The notes below the pieces were generated by a model. That model made no database searches and had not been told where the DNA came from. It saw nothing but the letters and a program-made list of their open reading frames with translations. DNA of 64,000 nt. Source: an uncultured Pelagibacteraceae bacterium (lineage in GTDB: Bacteria; Pseudomonadota; Alphaproteobacteria; Pelagibacterales; Pelagibacteraceae). Shown piece by piece: positions 46,491 to 56,941 of the stretch. The position numbers and the translations under genes were made by a program. The first letter of the stretch is position 1; the number at the start of each line of letters is the position of its first letter. The stretch spans positions 2,534-66,533 of the forward strand of contig CACHEF010000006.1 of assembly GCA_902578775.1 (NCBI GenBank), read 5' to 3'.

Positions 46491-47606
46491 TTAATTTTCC
46501 TCATAAGATTTATCTAAAAAGTTTTTAAGTGCATTTAAGAAATCAGGAACATCTAGTAAAAAGGAGTCGTGACCTTTGTCAGAAACAATTTCTACGAATC
46601 CAACATCAGCTCCTATTGAATTCAAAGCAATCACAATATCTTTGTTTTCTTGGGTTGGATAAAGCCAATCTGAAGTAAATGAGATTATAAAAAATTTTGC
46701 TTTTGTATTTGTAAATGCTTCTGAAAGATTGCCATTGAATTGCTTAGCTAAATCAAAGTAATCCATAGCTCTGGTTATGTAAAGATAACTATTTGCATCA
46801 AATCTATCTACAAAAACTGAGCCCTGATATCTTAAATAACTTTCTATTTGAAAGTCAGCGTCAAATCCAAATTTAAGATCTTCTCTTTCTTGTAATTTTC
46901 TTCCAAATTTTTCCTGCAAACCTTTTTTAGATAAATAAGTTATGTGAGCTGCCATTCTAGCTACTGCCAATCCTTTCCCAGGATTAGTTTCTTTTGATGT
47001 ATAGTTTCCATCTTTCCAGTTGCTATCAGCTGTTATAGCTTGTCTGCCTAATTCATTAAAAGCAATATTTTGTGCTGAATGACTAGATGTGGTTGCTATT
47101 GGTATCACTGTTTTAGATTTATCAGGAAAGTTGCTGATAAACTGAAGGACCTGCATACCTCCCATTGAACCTCCAGTTATAGAGAATAGTTTATCAATAC
47201 CAAAATGATCAAGTAAATTATATTGAGCATTCACCATATCATTAATAGTGATAACTGGAAAATTTGTTCCAAAAATTTTTTGATCAGAATTTTTATGACT
47301 TGGTCCGTATGATCCCATACATCCACCAATTACGTTAGAGCAAATTACAAAATATTTTTTTGTATCTATAGCCTTATCAGGGCCCACAGCATAACTCCAC
47401 CAACCCTCTTTATTTGTTATGGGGTTTATTCCTGTAACAAATTGATCTCCTGTAAGTGCGTGAAAAACTAAAATTGCATTATCCTTTTTTGAATTAAGAG
47501 ATCCGTAAGTTTCATATGCTATTGGAAAATCTTTGATAGTTTTTCCACAGTCAAGTTTTAAAGGTTTTTTAACAATTAAAGTTTTTATTTTTTTCTCAGT
47601 GTTCAT
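46491..47606 (-). CDS. metX: Homoserine O-acetyltransferase
   Basis: HALTG, GGSMGG, ARMAAHITY and GHDSFL. Confidence 0.96.
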   Translation of the reverse strand: MNTEKKIKTLIVKKPLKLDCGKTIKDFPIAYETYGSLNSKKDNAILVFHALTGDQFVTGINPITNKEGWWSYAVGPDKAIDTKKYFVICSNVIGGCMGSYGPSHKNSDQKIFGTNFPVITINDMVNAQYNLLDHFGIDKLFSITGGSMGGMQVLQFISNFPDKSKTVIPIATTSSHSAQNIAFNELGRQAITADSNWKDGNYTSKETNPGKGLAVARMAAHITYLSKKGLQEKFGRKLQEREDLKFGFDADFQIESYLRYQGSVFVDRFDANSYLYITRAMDYFDLAKQFNGNLSEAFTNTKAKFFIISFTSDWLYPTQENKDIVIALNSIGADVGFVEIVSDKGHDSFLLDVPDFLNALKNFLDKSYEEN

Positions 47607-47639
47607 ATTTAAGCTTTTTTTGAATTGTGAGAAAAAAAA

Positions 47640-47690
47640 CTATTTTAGCGGTTTTTTTTAAGCGCTCGCAATTCAGTTAAATCAGCGCAT
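47640..47690 (-). ncRNA. SAM-II (SAM_alpha) riboswitch upstream of metX
   Basis: Minus strand AUGCGCUGAUUUAACUGAAUUGCGAGCGCUUAAAAAAAACCGCUAAAAUAG fits the SAM-II pattern (GCGCU/AGCGC P1, GAUUUAAC loop, 3' GCUAAAA) and lies upstream of metX. Confidence 0.92.
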
Positions 47691-47694
47691 AATT

Positions 47695-47723
47695 TTTTTA
47701 CTAGAACTTATTTATTATGTCAA
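47695..47723 (-). promoter_or_regulatory. Putative metX promoter
   Basis: TTGACA-N17-TAAAAA; predicted start site coincides with the riboswitch 5' end. Confidence 0.55.
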
Positions 47724-47796
47724 TTTTTTAAAAAAACCTCTTATTCTCTATAAAAATTTGTAATTTTATCTATAAAGAGCTCATAAATTAAAAAAA

Positions 47797-48882
47797 ATGA
47801 CAACTCCAAATTTTAAAAAATTTAATATTGAAGCTTATAAACCTGGTAAATCAAAAGTAAGGAAACTTAAGAAGGTAATTAAGTTGTCCGCAAACGAATC
47901 TGCTTTAGGCATTAGCCCTAAAGCTAAAAAAATCATTTCATATAAAAATATAAATATAGATAAATATCCAGATGGAAAATCTGAGAATTTAAGAAAAGCA
48001 ATATCTAAATCTTACAAATGTAATCCAGAGAAAATTATTTGTGGGGCGGGCTCTGATGAAGTTATTCAAATGATCTGTCAATTATTTATAAAACCCAAAG
48101 ATGAGGTTGTACTTCCTGAGTATAGCTTTTTAATGTATAGAATTTACTCAAAAATTGTTGGTGCAAAAGTTTTATTTGCAAAAGAAATTAATTTTAGAGT
48201 TTCAGTGAAAGAAATTTTAAAAAAAGTAACAAAAAAAACAAAAATTGTATTCATAGCTAATCCAAATAATCCAACTGGAACTTACTTGACTAAAAAAGAG
48301 GTTTTAGAATTAAGAAAAAAATTAAACAGAAATATTTTACTGGTTATTGATGACGCTTATACAGAATATATGAAAAATAAAGATTATGCCTCCGGGTTAG
48401 ATTTATTTAAAAATAAAAACAATGTATTTATTTTAAGAACTTTTTCTAAAATATTTGGATTAGCATCTTTAAGAGTAGGTTGGGGGTATGGGTCAAAAAA
48501 AATAATTGATGCACTTAATAAAATAAAACCACCTTTTAATGTAAATACCATTGCACAATTAGCTGCTATAGAGTCGTTAAAAGATAAAACTTTCATAGAT
48601 AAATCAGTTAGACATAATTTACTGTATGCTAGAAATATAAAAAATTTTCTTGAAAAATATGATATTTATTCAAACACCGTTTCTGCAAATTTTTTGTTTC
48701 TTAATTTTGAAAAATGTAAATACTCAGCAAAATTTTTATATGAAAAATTAAAAAAAAAAGGAATTTTATTAAGATTAACTGAAGATGGTTATCATATAAA
48801 GAATAAATTAAGATTAACAATTGGATCTAGAAGAGAAAATTTAAAATTTATGAGTACAATTAAACAGATATTAAGAAAATGA
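47797..48882 (+). CDS. hisC: Histidinol-phosphate aminotransferase
   Basis: KLSANES, GAGSDE, NPNNPTG and RTFSKIFGLASLRVG. Confidence 0.96.
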   Translation: MTTPNFKKFNIEAYKPGKSKVRKLKKVIKLSANESALGISPKAKKIISYKNINIDKYPDGKSENLRKAISKSYKCNPEKIICGAGSDEVIQMICQLFIKPKDEVVLPEYSFLMYRIYSKIVGAKVLFAKEINFRVSVKEILKKVTKKTKIVFIANPNNPTGTYLTKKEVLELRKKLNRNILLVIDDAYTEYMKNKDYASGLDLFKNKNNVFILRTFSKIFGLASLRVGWGYGSKKIIDALNKIKPPFNVNTIAQLAAIESLKDKTFIDKSVRHNLLYARNIKNFLEKYDIYSNTVSANFLFLNFEKCKYSAKFLYEKLKKKGILLRLTEDGYHIKNKLRLTIGSRRENLKFMSTIKQILRK

Positions 48883-49775
48883 AAAATATTTTAATAATTG
48901 GTTGCGGATTACTTGGCTCGTCTTTAGTAAGGCGTATCAAAAAAAAAAAAATAGCAAAAAAGATATTTATTTATGAAAAATCAAAATCAAACATTGCTAA
49001 AATAAAAAAATTAAAATTACCTGGGAAGGTTATAAAATCACTAAAAGAAGGAGTGGTTAATTCAGATTTAATTATCTTTTGCACACCAATGAGTGAGTAC
49101 AAAAATATTATTTTAAAGATTAATAATTTTATTCCATTAAAAACATTGATTACTGATATTGGTTCTTCAAAAATTGAGACTTCTAAAATTGTGAATAAAT
49201 TTTTAAAGAAAGGTGTTCATTGGACACAAAGCCATCCAATAGCTGGATCGGAAGTTAGCGGACCAGAACATGGTAAAGAAAATCTATTTATTGATAGGTG
49301 GTGTATAATTATTAAGGAAAAAAATACTTTAAAAAATAATATAAATAAATTGTCCAGATTTTGGAAAAAAATTGGGTCAAAAGTAGTTGTGATGAATGCC
49401 GAAAAACACGATAAAATTTTTTCTATAACCAGTCATTTACCACACTTAATTGCATATAATTTAGTTAAGTCTGCACAAGATTTTGAAAAGAAACAGAGTT
49501 ACGGATTAATAAAATATAGTGCTGGTGGATTAAGAGATTTTTCTAGAATTGCAGCCTCAAATGAAATCATGTGGCGAGATATCTTTTTTAATAATAGTAA
49601 TAATATTTCTAAAGCGATTGATTTATTTATAAAAAATTTAAATCAATTTAAAAAAGACATTAATTCAAAAGATAATAAGTCTATTTTAAAAAAACTTATT
49701 AAAACTAAAAAAGTAAGATCAAAAATTATCAAATTGAAACAAGACATTGATAAGCCCGATTTTGGAAGAAATTAA
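48879..49775 (+). CDS. tyrA: Prephenate/arogenate (cyclohexadienyl) dehydrogenase
   Basis: GCGLLGSS, TDIGSSK, HPIAGSE, SHLPH and GGLRDFSRIAAS. Confidence 0.94.
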   Translation: MKNILIIGCGLLGSSLVRRIKKKKIAKKIFIYEKSKSNIAKIKKLKLPGKVIKSLKEGVVNSDLIIFCTPMSEYKNIILKINNFIPLKTLITDIGSSKIETSKIVNKFLKKGVHWTQSHPIAGSEVSGPEHGKENLFIDRWCIIIKEKNTLKNNINKLSRFWKKIGSKVVVMNAEKHDKIFSITSHLPHLIAYNLVKSAQDFEKKQSYGLIKYSAGGLRDFSRIAASNEIMWRDIFFNNSNNISKAIDLFIKNLNQFKKDINSKDNKSILKKLIKTKKVRSKIIKLKQDIDKPDFGRN

Positions 49776-50521
49776 TATTTTATTTTGGATATCTTTCTAA
49801 CCTTGAGTTTTGCAGTTCTTTGAATTTTCTGAATTGTTTGTATAATTGGCATAATAATTACTTTTTTTTCTGGTCCATAGGCATGAATAAGGTGTTTAGA
49901 ATTTAAACACATAGCAACATGACCTTTCCAAAATATTATATCTCCTTTTTCGAATTTAGTTTTGTTTGAATTTTGTTTTGCAAATTTGATCTGATCCTTA
50001 GTATCCCTTGGGTAAAATAAGTTATTATAATTAAAAAATATCTGTAATAATGCTGAACAATCAATTCCCTTAAAAGTTTTTCCACCCCAAACATATTTTA
50101 TATTCAAAAATTTTTTGAATATTTTAACAAAATTTTTATCTTTATGATTTATTTTCTTAATATCTGAAACTTTAATCCACTTATTTTTTCCAATATTTGC
50201 ATAACTTTTATTTTGCTCTAATACATTTAATTTAGATGCAAGTGGGAGCCAAGTATTTGTTCCAATTCCAGGTTTTTTAAAAATTCTTGCCTTTAATGAA
50301 CTGACCTTATAATTAGGTACAAATCTTTTAGTATATTTTGAATTTTTTATAAAACCAATGTAGTTATCAAATAATGTTTTAATTTTGATCCAATTTTTAT
50401 TTTTAGATAAAATTTTGAATTTTTCACCATATATAATTTGTGAAGTTACTTCAGATTTCTTTGAAGGTTTTTTATAGATATTAGAAAAACTACCTATGAA
50501 ATATAAATTATTTTGCACCAA
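49772..50521 (-). CDS. SH3b-NlpC/P60 (C40) peptidase
   Basis: SQIIYGE SH3-like N-terminus; YVWGG..GIDCS, GHV and IHA catalytic residues; no signal peptide seen. Confidence 0.9.
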   Translation of the reverse strand: MVQNNLYFIGSFSNIYKKPSKKSEVTSQIIYGEKFKILSKNKNWIKIKTLFDNYIGFIKNSKYTKRFVPNYKVSSLKARIFKKPGIGTNTWLPLASKLNVLEQNKSYANIGKNKWIKVSDIKKINHKDKNFVKIFKKFLNIKYVWGGKTFKGIDCSALLQIFFNYNNLFYPRDTKDQIKFAKQNSNKTKFEKGDIIFWKGHVAMCLNSKHLIHAYGPEKKVIIMPIIQTIQKIQRTAKLKVRKISKIKY

Positions 50522-51899
50522 TTTTAATTTTATTTTTAATTAACCATAAAAAAATTAACGAGGGTATTACCATTATAGTTGTTAAAACAAAAAATGTTCC
50601 CCAATCTCCATTTAACCAGTCAACCAAAGCCCCAGATGATGAAGCTAAAGTAGTTCGGCCAGCCGTACCAATTGAAGCAAGTAAAGCATATTGTGTTGCA
50701 GTATAAGTTCTATCAACTAGTAATGATATAAATGCTACAAACGCTACAGTTGCAAACGCTGCAGTAATGTCATCGGCTATAACAGCGATTGCAAATAAAA
50801 TTTCTGATTTTCCAGTCCATGCTAAAATTGCAAACAAAAGATTCGTTATAGCCATTAAACCTCCAGCAAAGAACATAGTTTTAATTGTTCCAGCTCTCAT
50901 GGCCATTACGCCACCCAACAAAGTAAATACAACTGTTGTTATCCAACCGAGACCTTTTGAGTATATTGCAATTTGACCTTTAGAAAAGCCAATTTCTTTG
51001 TAGAATACAATAGACATTCTTCCCATGAATGCCTCACCTACTTTAAATAAAAAAACAAATCCTAAGATTCCAGCTGCAATCGCAAAACCATTTTTTTTAA
51101 AAAAACTAATTATAGGCCCACCTATAGTTCCTGAAATGTAGGCAATAAAGGTTGTGATAATGTTGCTAGAACCAAGTTTACCCTCAATTAATTTGTCTGT
51201 GTCTCTTTGTTTTGCTTCCCTATCAGTATCTATTGGTTCGTGAACAAACATTAATCCAATATTCATTAAAATTATTAAAATCCCTAAAATTAAAAAAGTT
51301 GCTTGCCAGTAGTTAACAATCCCTAGATTTTCAAAAAATTCTGCTGTAAATAAAGCAACAACTCCACCTAATTTATAGCCTGTCCACCAACCAACAACAG
51401 CCATGGCTGCTCCAGCAGCCATAGATTTTCCCTCATTTTCATTTATTTGCTCAATTCTTAATGCATCTACTGTTATATCTTGAGTAGCTGATGCTATAGC
51501 TATAATTAATCCGACAGTAATTAATAATGCCAAATTTTCAGTAGGATTGATCACGCTCCAGACTATTAAACTTAATATAATAATTATCTGCATTAAGACT
51601 ATCCAGCCTCTTCTATGACCTAGTCTTTTAGTTAACAATGGAATTTGAATTCTATCTATAATTGGTGCCCACAAATAATTAAAAGCGTATACGCCAAAAA
51701 TTAAACCTGCCCACCCTATGGTAGATCTACTAAGACCTTCTTCTTTAAGCCAAAGGCTTAAACTGCTTGCAATTAATACCCAGGGAAATCCACTAATTGC
51801 ACCCAATAAAAGAATTCTGACCATTCGAATATCTTTATAAACTGCGAGGGAGTTCAACCAGGACTGTTTATAATTCTCAATCACAATTAATTTTTCCAA
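50508..51899 (-). CDS. ampG: AmpG-family muropeptide MFS permease
   Basis: GAISGFPW, WAPIID, GHRRGW, ASATQDITVDA and YTATQYAL; true start may be the GTG at 51884. Confidence 0.93.
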   Translation of the reverse strand: MEKLIVIENYKQSWLNSLAVYKDIRMVRILLLGAISGFPWVLIASSLSLWLKEEGLSRSTIGWAGLIFGVYAFNYLWAPIIDRIQIPLLTKRLGHRRGWIVLMQIIIILSLIVWSVINPTENLALLITVGLIIAIASATQDITVDALRIEQINENEGKSMAAGAAMAVVGWWTGYKLGGVVALFTAEFFENLGIVNYWQATFLILGILIILMNIGLMFVHEPIDTDREAKQRDTDKLIEGKLGSSNIITTFIAYISGTIGGPIISFFKKNGFAIAAGILGFVFLFKVGEAFMGRMSIVFYKEIGFSKGQIAIYSKGLGWITTVVFTLLGGVMAMRAGTIKTMFFAGGLMAITNLLFAILAWTGKSEILFAIAVIADDITAAFATVAFVAFISLLVDRTYTATQYALLASIGTAGRTTLASSSGALVDWLNGDWGTFFVLTTIMVIPSLIFLWLIKNKIKIGAK

Positions 51900-53326
51900 A
51901 AAGATGGCAAAAATAATACTAGTATTGCAAACAGTTCAAGTCTACCTAATATCATGCCTAGTGTTAAAATCCATTTTGAGCTATCTGGAAGACTAGAAAA
52001 ATCTCCATTAGGACCAATTATCGTTCCAAGTCCAGGCCCTACATTGGATATAGATGTTGCAGCCCCAGATATTGATGTGACAAAATCTAAACCAGTTAAA
52101 GATAACAATGCTGTAAGAACAAAAAAAATAATAAAATACATATAAATAAAAGAAATGATTGAAGATATGAATTTATTATCAATCGGATTTTGATCATATT
52201 TAAGAACAAAAATCCCTTTAGGATAAATTATCTTTTTTAATTGATTACTTACAAATAGATATAATATTTGAATTCTGAATATTTTAACACCACAGGTGGT
52301 TGATCCTGCACATCCTCCAATAAACATTAATCCTAAAAACAAAATTAATGTAAAGCTTCCCCATGTGTTAAAATCAGCGTTTACATATCCAGTTCCAGTT
52401 AAAATAGAAATTATATTAAAAATTATTGATCTAAAATTAAGTTCTGCTGAGTCGCTTATAATTAAGTATATTGATAAAATTACTATACTTGAAATAATTA
52501 TTTTAAAAAAAGTTCTAATTTGAACGTCATTAAAAATTATTTTTCTATTTCCACTGATAAATTTGATATAGGCTATAAATGGTAAGCTACCCAAAATGAT
52601 AAAAACGATTGCAGAAATTTCAATTGATATACTATCAAAAAATCCAATGGAATCATTATAATTAGAAAATCCTCCGGTAGCTATTGTTGTCATAGAATGT
52701 GTTAAGCTGTCAAAATAACTCATTCCAAAAAATTTATATGTTAAACCACATAGTAATGTTAACGAGGTGTAAATATAGATAAGACGTAGAGCTATTTCTT
52801 TTGACTTGGGTAATATTTTTTCAGATGAGTCATTATTTGAGACTTTAAATAATTGCATTCCACCAACATTCATAATTGGCATTAATGTTATAGCCATAAT
52901 AATTATACCAATTCCTCCTAACCATTGAAGTATTGCTCTCCAAAGCAATATACTTTTTGGCATCTCCTCTAAGTTGGAAATAATTGTAGATCCAGTTGTT
53001 GTGATCCCAGACATGCTTTCAAAAAAAGCATTTATAAATGAAAAATTTAAATCAGAAAAAATAAATGGTAAAGAACCAAATATTGCAATACTTAACCAAG
53101 ATAGTGCTGTAAGAAGAAATGCTTGTTGAAAAGTTAATTTTTTATCATGATCTATATTTGATAAAAAAAACAAAATACCAAAAATAATTGTAACAATTGA
53201 TGCTCCAAAAAAGGAAGAATCAATTTCCGAATAAATAAATTGAAAAAATATTGGGATAATCATGAATACTCCCAAAATTATTTGTAAAATTCCAAGTGTA
53301 TAAAAAACAGTTTTATAATTAGACAT
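51887..53326 (-). CDS. trkH: Trk potassium uptake membrane protein
   Basis: SGITTTG, TIATGGFS, GGCAGSTTCG, SNVGPG and GRLE. Confidence 0.96.
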   Translation of the reverse strand: MSNYKTVFYTLGILQIILGVFMIIPIFFQFIYSEIDSSFFGASIVTIIFGILFFLSNIDHDKKLTFQQAFLLTALSWLSIAIFGSLPFIFSDLNFSFINAFFESMSGITTTGSTIISNLEEMPKSILLWRAILQWLGGIGIIIMAITLMPIMNVGGMQLFKVSNNDSSEKILPKSKEIALRLIYIYTSLTLLCGLTYKFFGMSYFDSLTHSMTTIATGGFSNYNDSIGFFDSISIEISAIVFIILGSLPFIAYIKFISGNRKIIFNDVQIRTFFKIIISSIVILSIYLIISDSAELNFRSIIFNIISILTGTGYVNADFNTWGSFTLILFLGLMFIGGCAGSTTCGVKIFRIQILYLFVSNQLKKIIYPKGIFVLKYDQNPIDNKFISSIISFIYMYFIIFFVLTALLSLTGLDFVTSISGAATSISNVGPGLGTIIGPNGDFSSLPDSSKWILTLGMILGRLELFAILVLFLPSFWKN

Positions 53327-53407
53327 TTTGAAAGAACATTATTTTATGGTAAATAAATTTCAACTCTATAAGAATTAGCAAATTCATTGTAATAAAAAGT
53401 GTAATTC

Positions 53408-54970
53408 ATGATAAAAAAAGAAAATCTAGATAAAACTAATGCATGGCCCTTTGTGGAGGCAAAAAAAATGCTTAGAGAGAGAAAATCTTTCATTGAAAAA
53501 AAAGGTAAAATTACACTTCAAACAGGGTATGGTCCAAGTGGACTTCCACACATAGGAACTTTTGGAGAAGTTGCAAGAACTTCAATGATGGTAAATGCAC
53601 TTAAACAACTAACTGACTTACCAACAGAAATAATTACTTTTTCTGATGATATGGATGGACTTAGAAAAATTCCTGATAATGTTCCAAATAAAAAATTATT
53701 AGAAGCTAATTTACATAAACCATTAACAGAAGTACCTGATCCTTTTAATAAATTTAAAAGTTTTGGAGAGCACAATAACGAAATGTTAAAAAAATTTTTA
53801 AACAATTTCAAATTTAAATATAATTTTAAAAGTTCAACATCACTTTATAAATCAGGTTTCTTTAACTCTTCTCTTCAAGTTATTTTAGAGAATTATGATG
53901 GTATAATGAATATAATACTTCCTACATTGGGAAAAGATAGACAAAAAACGTACAGTCCATTTCTCCCAATTTGTCCAGACACAGGTCATGTTCTAGAAAT
54001 ACCTGTAAAAAATATAAATAAAGAAAAATCTATTATTGTTTTTAATAATAATGGAAAAGATTTGGAAACAAGCATCTATGATGGAAATTGTAAATTACAG
54101 TGGAAAGTTGATTGGGCAATGAGATGGTATGCACTAGATGTTGATTTTGAAATGTATGGAAAGGATCTTATAGAGAGTGCAATACTTTCAACAAAAATTA
54201 TCAAACTTATTGGGAAGACAAATCCATCAGGGTTTGCATATGAATTATTTTTGGACGAAAAGGGAGAGAAGATTTCAAAATCAAAAGGGAACGGTATCAC
54301 TATTGATCAATGGATAGAGTATGCCTCCCCTGAAAGTTTGTCACTATATATGTACCAAAACCCAAAAAGAGCAAAAAAACTTTATAAAGAAATAGTTTCA
54401 AAAACTGTTGATGATTATTTGGATTTAATTGAGAAAGCAAAAAATCAAAATGAGTTGCAGCTACTGATGAATCCTGTATGGCATGTTCATAATAGCTTAG
54501 TACCGAAGGAAAAGATGATTATGTCATTTTCAATGTTATTAAATTTAGTTGAAACAAGTAATGCTGATAGTAAAGAACTACTTTGGAAATTTGTTAAAAA
54601 ATATAAAAAAGATATTTCAGAAAAAGACAATCCAATCTTTGATAAATTAGTAGGCTATGCAATAAAGTATTTTAATGATGTAATCAAATTAAAGAAAAAT
54701 TATAAAAAGCCTAACGCTGAAGAAAAAAAAGCTTTGGAGGCTCTGGTAAAAACATTAGACAATTGTGATGACAAAATGAAACCAGAGGATATTCAAACAT
54801 TGATATATTCAACAGGTAAAGAAAATGGATACACTGAGAACCTTCGAGATTGGTTTAAATTAATTTACGAAGTAGTTTTTGGAGACGAAAATGGACCAAG
54901 GATGGGTTTTTTTATAAGTTTTTTTGGTGTGAAAGAAACAAAAGATCTTATATTAAATAAAATTAAATAA
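53408..54970 (+). CDS. lysS: Class I lysyl-tRNA synthetase
   Basis: GYGPSGLPHIG, KLQWKVDW, GKDL, KISKSKG and GPRMG. Confidence 0.96.
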   Translation: MIKKENLDKTNAWPFVEAKKMLRERKSFIEKKGKITLQTGYGPSGLPHIGTFGEVARTSMMVNALKQLTDLPTEIITFSDDMDGLRKIPDNVPNKKLLEANLHKPLTEVPDPFNKFKSFGEHNNEMLKKFLNNFKFKYNFKSSTSLYKSGFFNSSLQVILENYDGIMNIILPTLGKDRQKTYSPFLPICPDTGHVLEIPVKNINKEKSIIVFNNNGKDLETSIYDGNCKLQWKVDWAMRWYALDVDFEMYGKDLIESAILSTKIIKLIGKTNPSGFAYELFLDEKGEKISKSKGNGITIDQWIEYASPESLSLYMYQNPKRAKKLYKEIVSKTVDDYLDLIEKAKNQNELQLLMNPVWHVHNSLVPKEKMIMSFSMLLNLVETSNADSKELLWKFVKKYKKDISEKDNPIFDKLVGYAIKYFNDVIKLKKNYKKPNAEEKKALEALVKTLDNCDDKMKPEDIQTLIYSTGKENGYTENLRDWFKLIYEVVFGDENGPRMGFFISFFGVKETKDLILNKIK

Positions 54971-56016
54971 TGTTTTCAAATTTAAGATCTTTAATCTTTA
55001 AATTAGATCCCGAGACGGCTCATAGTTTAGCGATAAAGTCACTAAAATTTAATTTTATTCCAAATATTTTAGATGAAGAAAAAAATAACCCCCTTTTTAA
55101 GACAAAATTATTTAATAAAGAATTAGAAAATCCAATTGGTATGGCTGCAGGTTTTGATAAAAATGCTGAGGTATATAATTCATTGTTCAATTTAGGCTTT
55201 GGTTTTGTTGAAGTAGGAACCGTTACACCGTTAGAACAATATGGAAATCCCAAACCTAGAGTCTTTAGATTGTTAGAGGATGAGGCTCTCATAAATAGAC
55301 TTGGTTTCAATAACCTAGGATCAAAAAATGTTGTAGATCGCATTAAAAGAAATAATCCAACCGGCTTACTTGGAATCAATATTGGACCCAATAAAGACTC
55401 AGAAGATAGAACAAATGATTACATACAATGTTTGAAAACATTTAATGGGGTATCTGATTATATCACTATCAATATTTCTTCACCAAATACTGAAGATTTA
55501 AGAAACTTTCACGATCAAAAAAAATTAGATGATCTTTTAAAACTAATAGAAAAAGAGAAGAGAGATCTTAACTCTAAGATACCTTTAGCAGTAAAAATAT
55601 CACCAGATATAAACGACAAAGAAATTATGAAAATTTCTGAAGTGCTTTTAAATAATAAGATAGAAGCAGCTATTATTTCTAACACATCTGATACAACAAG
55701 AGAAAATTTACAAAATATTCAAAGTCATCAAAAAGGAGGATTATCCGGGAAACCTATAGAGTCCAAGTCTTCTGAGTTGATTAGAAAATTTTATAAAGTT
55801 TTAAAAGGTAGAATCAAGATTATAGGTGTAGGAGGTGTCGACTCCGGCAGGTCTGCTTACCAAAAATTTTTAGCTGGAGCTGATTATTTACAACTTTATA
55901 CAGGTATGGTTTTTAGAGGTCCAAATATTGTTGGTCTCATTAAAAAAGAGCTGAAGGAAATATTATTAAAAGATGGTGTAAAAAACTTTAACGAAATAGT
56001 AGGAAAAAAGGATTAG
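54970..56016 (+). CDS. pyrD: Quinone-dependent dihydroorotate dehydrogenase
   Basis: AAGFDKN, NRLGFNN, NISSPNT and GGLSG. Confidence 0.97.
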   Translation: MFSNLRSLIFKLDPETAHSLAIKSLKFNFIPNILDEEKNNPLFKTKLFNKELENPIGMAAGFDKNAEVYNSLFNLGFGFVEVGTVTPLEQYGNPKPRVFRLLEDEALINRLGFNNLGSKNVVDRIKRNNPTGLLGINIGPNKDSEDRTNDYIQCLKTFNGVSDYITINISSPNTEDLRNFHDQKKLDDLLKLIEKEKRDLNSKIPLAVKISPDINDKEIMKISEVLLNNKIEAAIISNTSDTTRENLQNIQSHQKGGLSGKPIESKSSELIRKFYKVLKGRIKIIGVGGVDSGRSAYQKFLAGADYLQLYTGMVFRGPNIVGLIKKELKEILLKDGVKNFNEIVGKKD

Positions 56017-56031
56017 AACAATCTAATAAAC

Positions 56032-56060
56032 TTGACGCCATCAATATCTCACTTTATATA
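56032..56060 (+). promoter_or_regulatory. Putative rpmB promoter
   Basis: TTGACG-N17-TATATA just upstream of the ATG. Confidence 0.5.
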
Positions 56061-56072
56061 GTCGAACAAATT

Positions 56073-56387
56073 ATGGCAAAAAAATGTGAATTAACCGGAA
56101 AAAATCCTATGAAAGGTCATAACGTTAGTCATGCTAACAATAAGACAAAAAGAAGATTCTTACCTAATTTAAAAAAAGTAAAATTCACAAGTGAACTTTT
56201 GAAAAGAAGCTTAAAATTGACAGTTAGTAATGCAGGTGTTAGGTCAGTTGACAAAAAAGGTAGTTTTGATGAATTTTTAAAATCAGTAAAAAATAAAAAT
56301 TTATCTCCTAGATTAAAAAAGCTAAAAAAAAACTTATTAATTAAATCTCCGTTTCAAAAAAAAACAGCACAATCTAAAACAGCTTAA
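56073..56387 (+). CDS. rpmB: 50S ribosomal protein L28
   Basis: [25 protein letters not shown]. Confidence 0.97.
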   Translation: MAKKCELTGKNPMKGHNVSHANNKTKRRFLPNLKKVKFTSELLKRSLKLTVSNAGVRSVDKKGSFDEFLKSVKNKNLSPRLKKLKKNLLIKSPFQKKTAQSKTA

Positions 56388-56941
56388 TGAGCAAACCGTT
56401 TTTACTTCTATCATTTTTGATGGGTGTTGTTGTCCTATCCTCTAATTATCTCGTCCAGTTTCCAGTAAATTATTACGGTTTAGATGAAATATTAACATAT
56501 GGAGCTTTCTCATATCCGATCGCTTTTTTAATTACAGATTTAGCTAATAGATCTTATGGAAAAATAGTTGCAAGAAGAATTGTATATTTTGGCTTTGTAC
56601 TAGGAATTGGTTTTACAGTTTTATTTTCTACTGATTTTGCTGATTTTATATCTATTCGTATAGCCATTGGATCTGGAATTGCATTTTTGACTGCACAATT
56701 ATTAGATGTCCAAATATTTGACAGATTAAGGAAAAAAGAATGGTTTGTTGCACCATTAACGTCTTCAATGATTGGCTCAACAATTGACACATTTTTGTTT
56801 TTTTCAATATCATTTTATGGAACGGGCGTGCCGTGGATTACACTTTCGATCGGAGATTTGATTGTAAAAATAATAGTAGCTTTAATCATGCTGATACCAT
56901 TTAGATTACTTTTAAAATCTTTTAAGCCAATCAAAGCTTAA
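56387..56941 (+). CDS. yhhQ: Queuosine-precursor transporter (VUT/YhhQ family)
   Basis: SNYLVQ, YPIAFLITDL, RIAIGS..AFL.AQLLDV and DTFLFF. Confidence 0.87.
   Translation: MSKPFLLLSFLMGVVVLSSNYLVQFPVNYYGLDEILTYGAFSYPIAFLITDLANRSYGKIVARRIVYFGFVLGIGFTVLFSTDFADFISIRIAIGSGIAFLTAQLLDVQIFDRLRKKEWFVAPLTSSMIGSTIDTFLFFSISFYGTGVPWITLSIGDLIVKIIVALIMLIPFRLLLKSFKPIKA

Noticed and set aside
47607-47640. Tandem SAM-V aptamer after SAM-II
   Set aside because: Only 33 nt remain before the AUG, too short for a second aptamer
53408-54970. Class I (archaeal-type) LysRS as a sign of gene transfer
   Set aside because: Class I LysRS is normal in many Alphaproteobacteria
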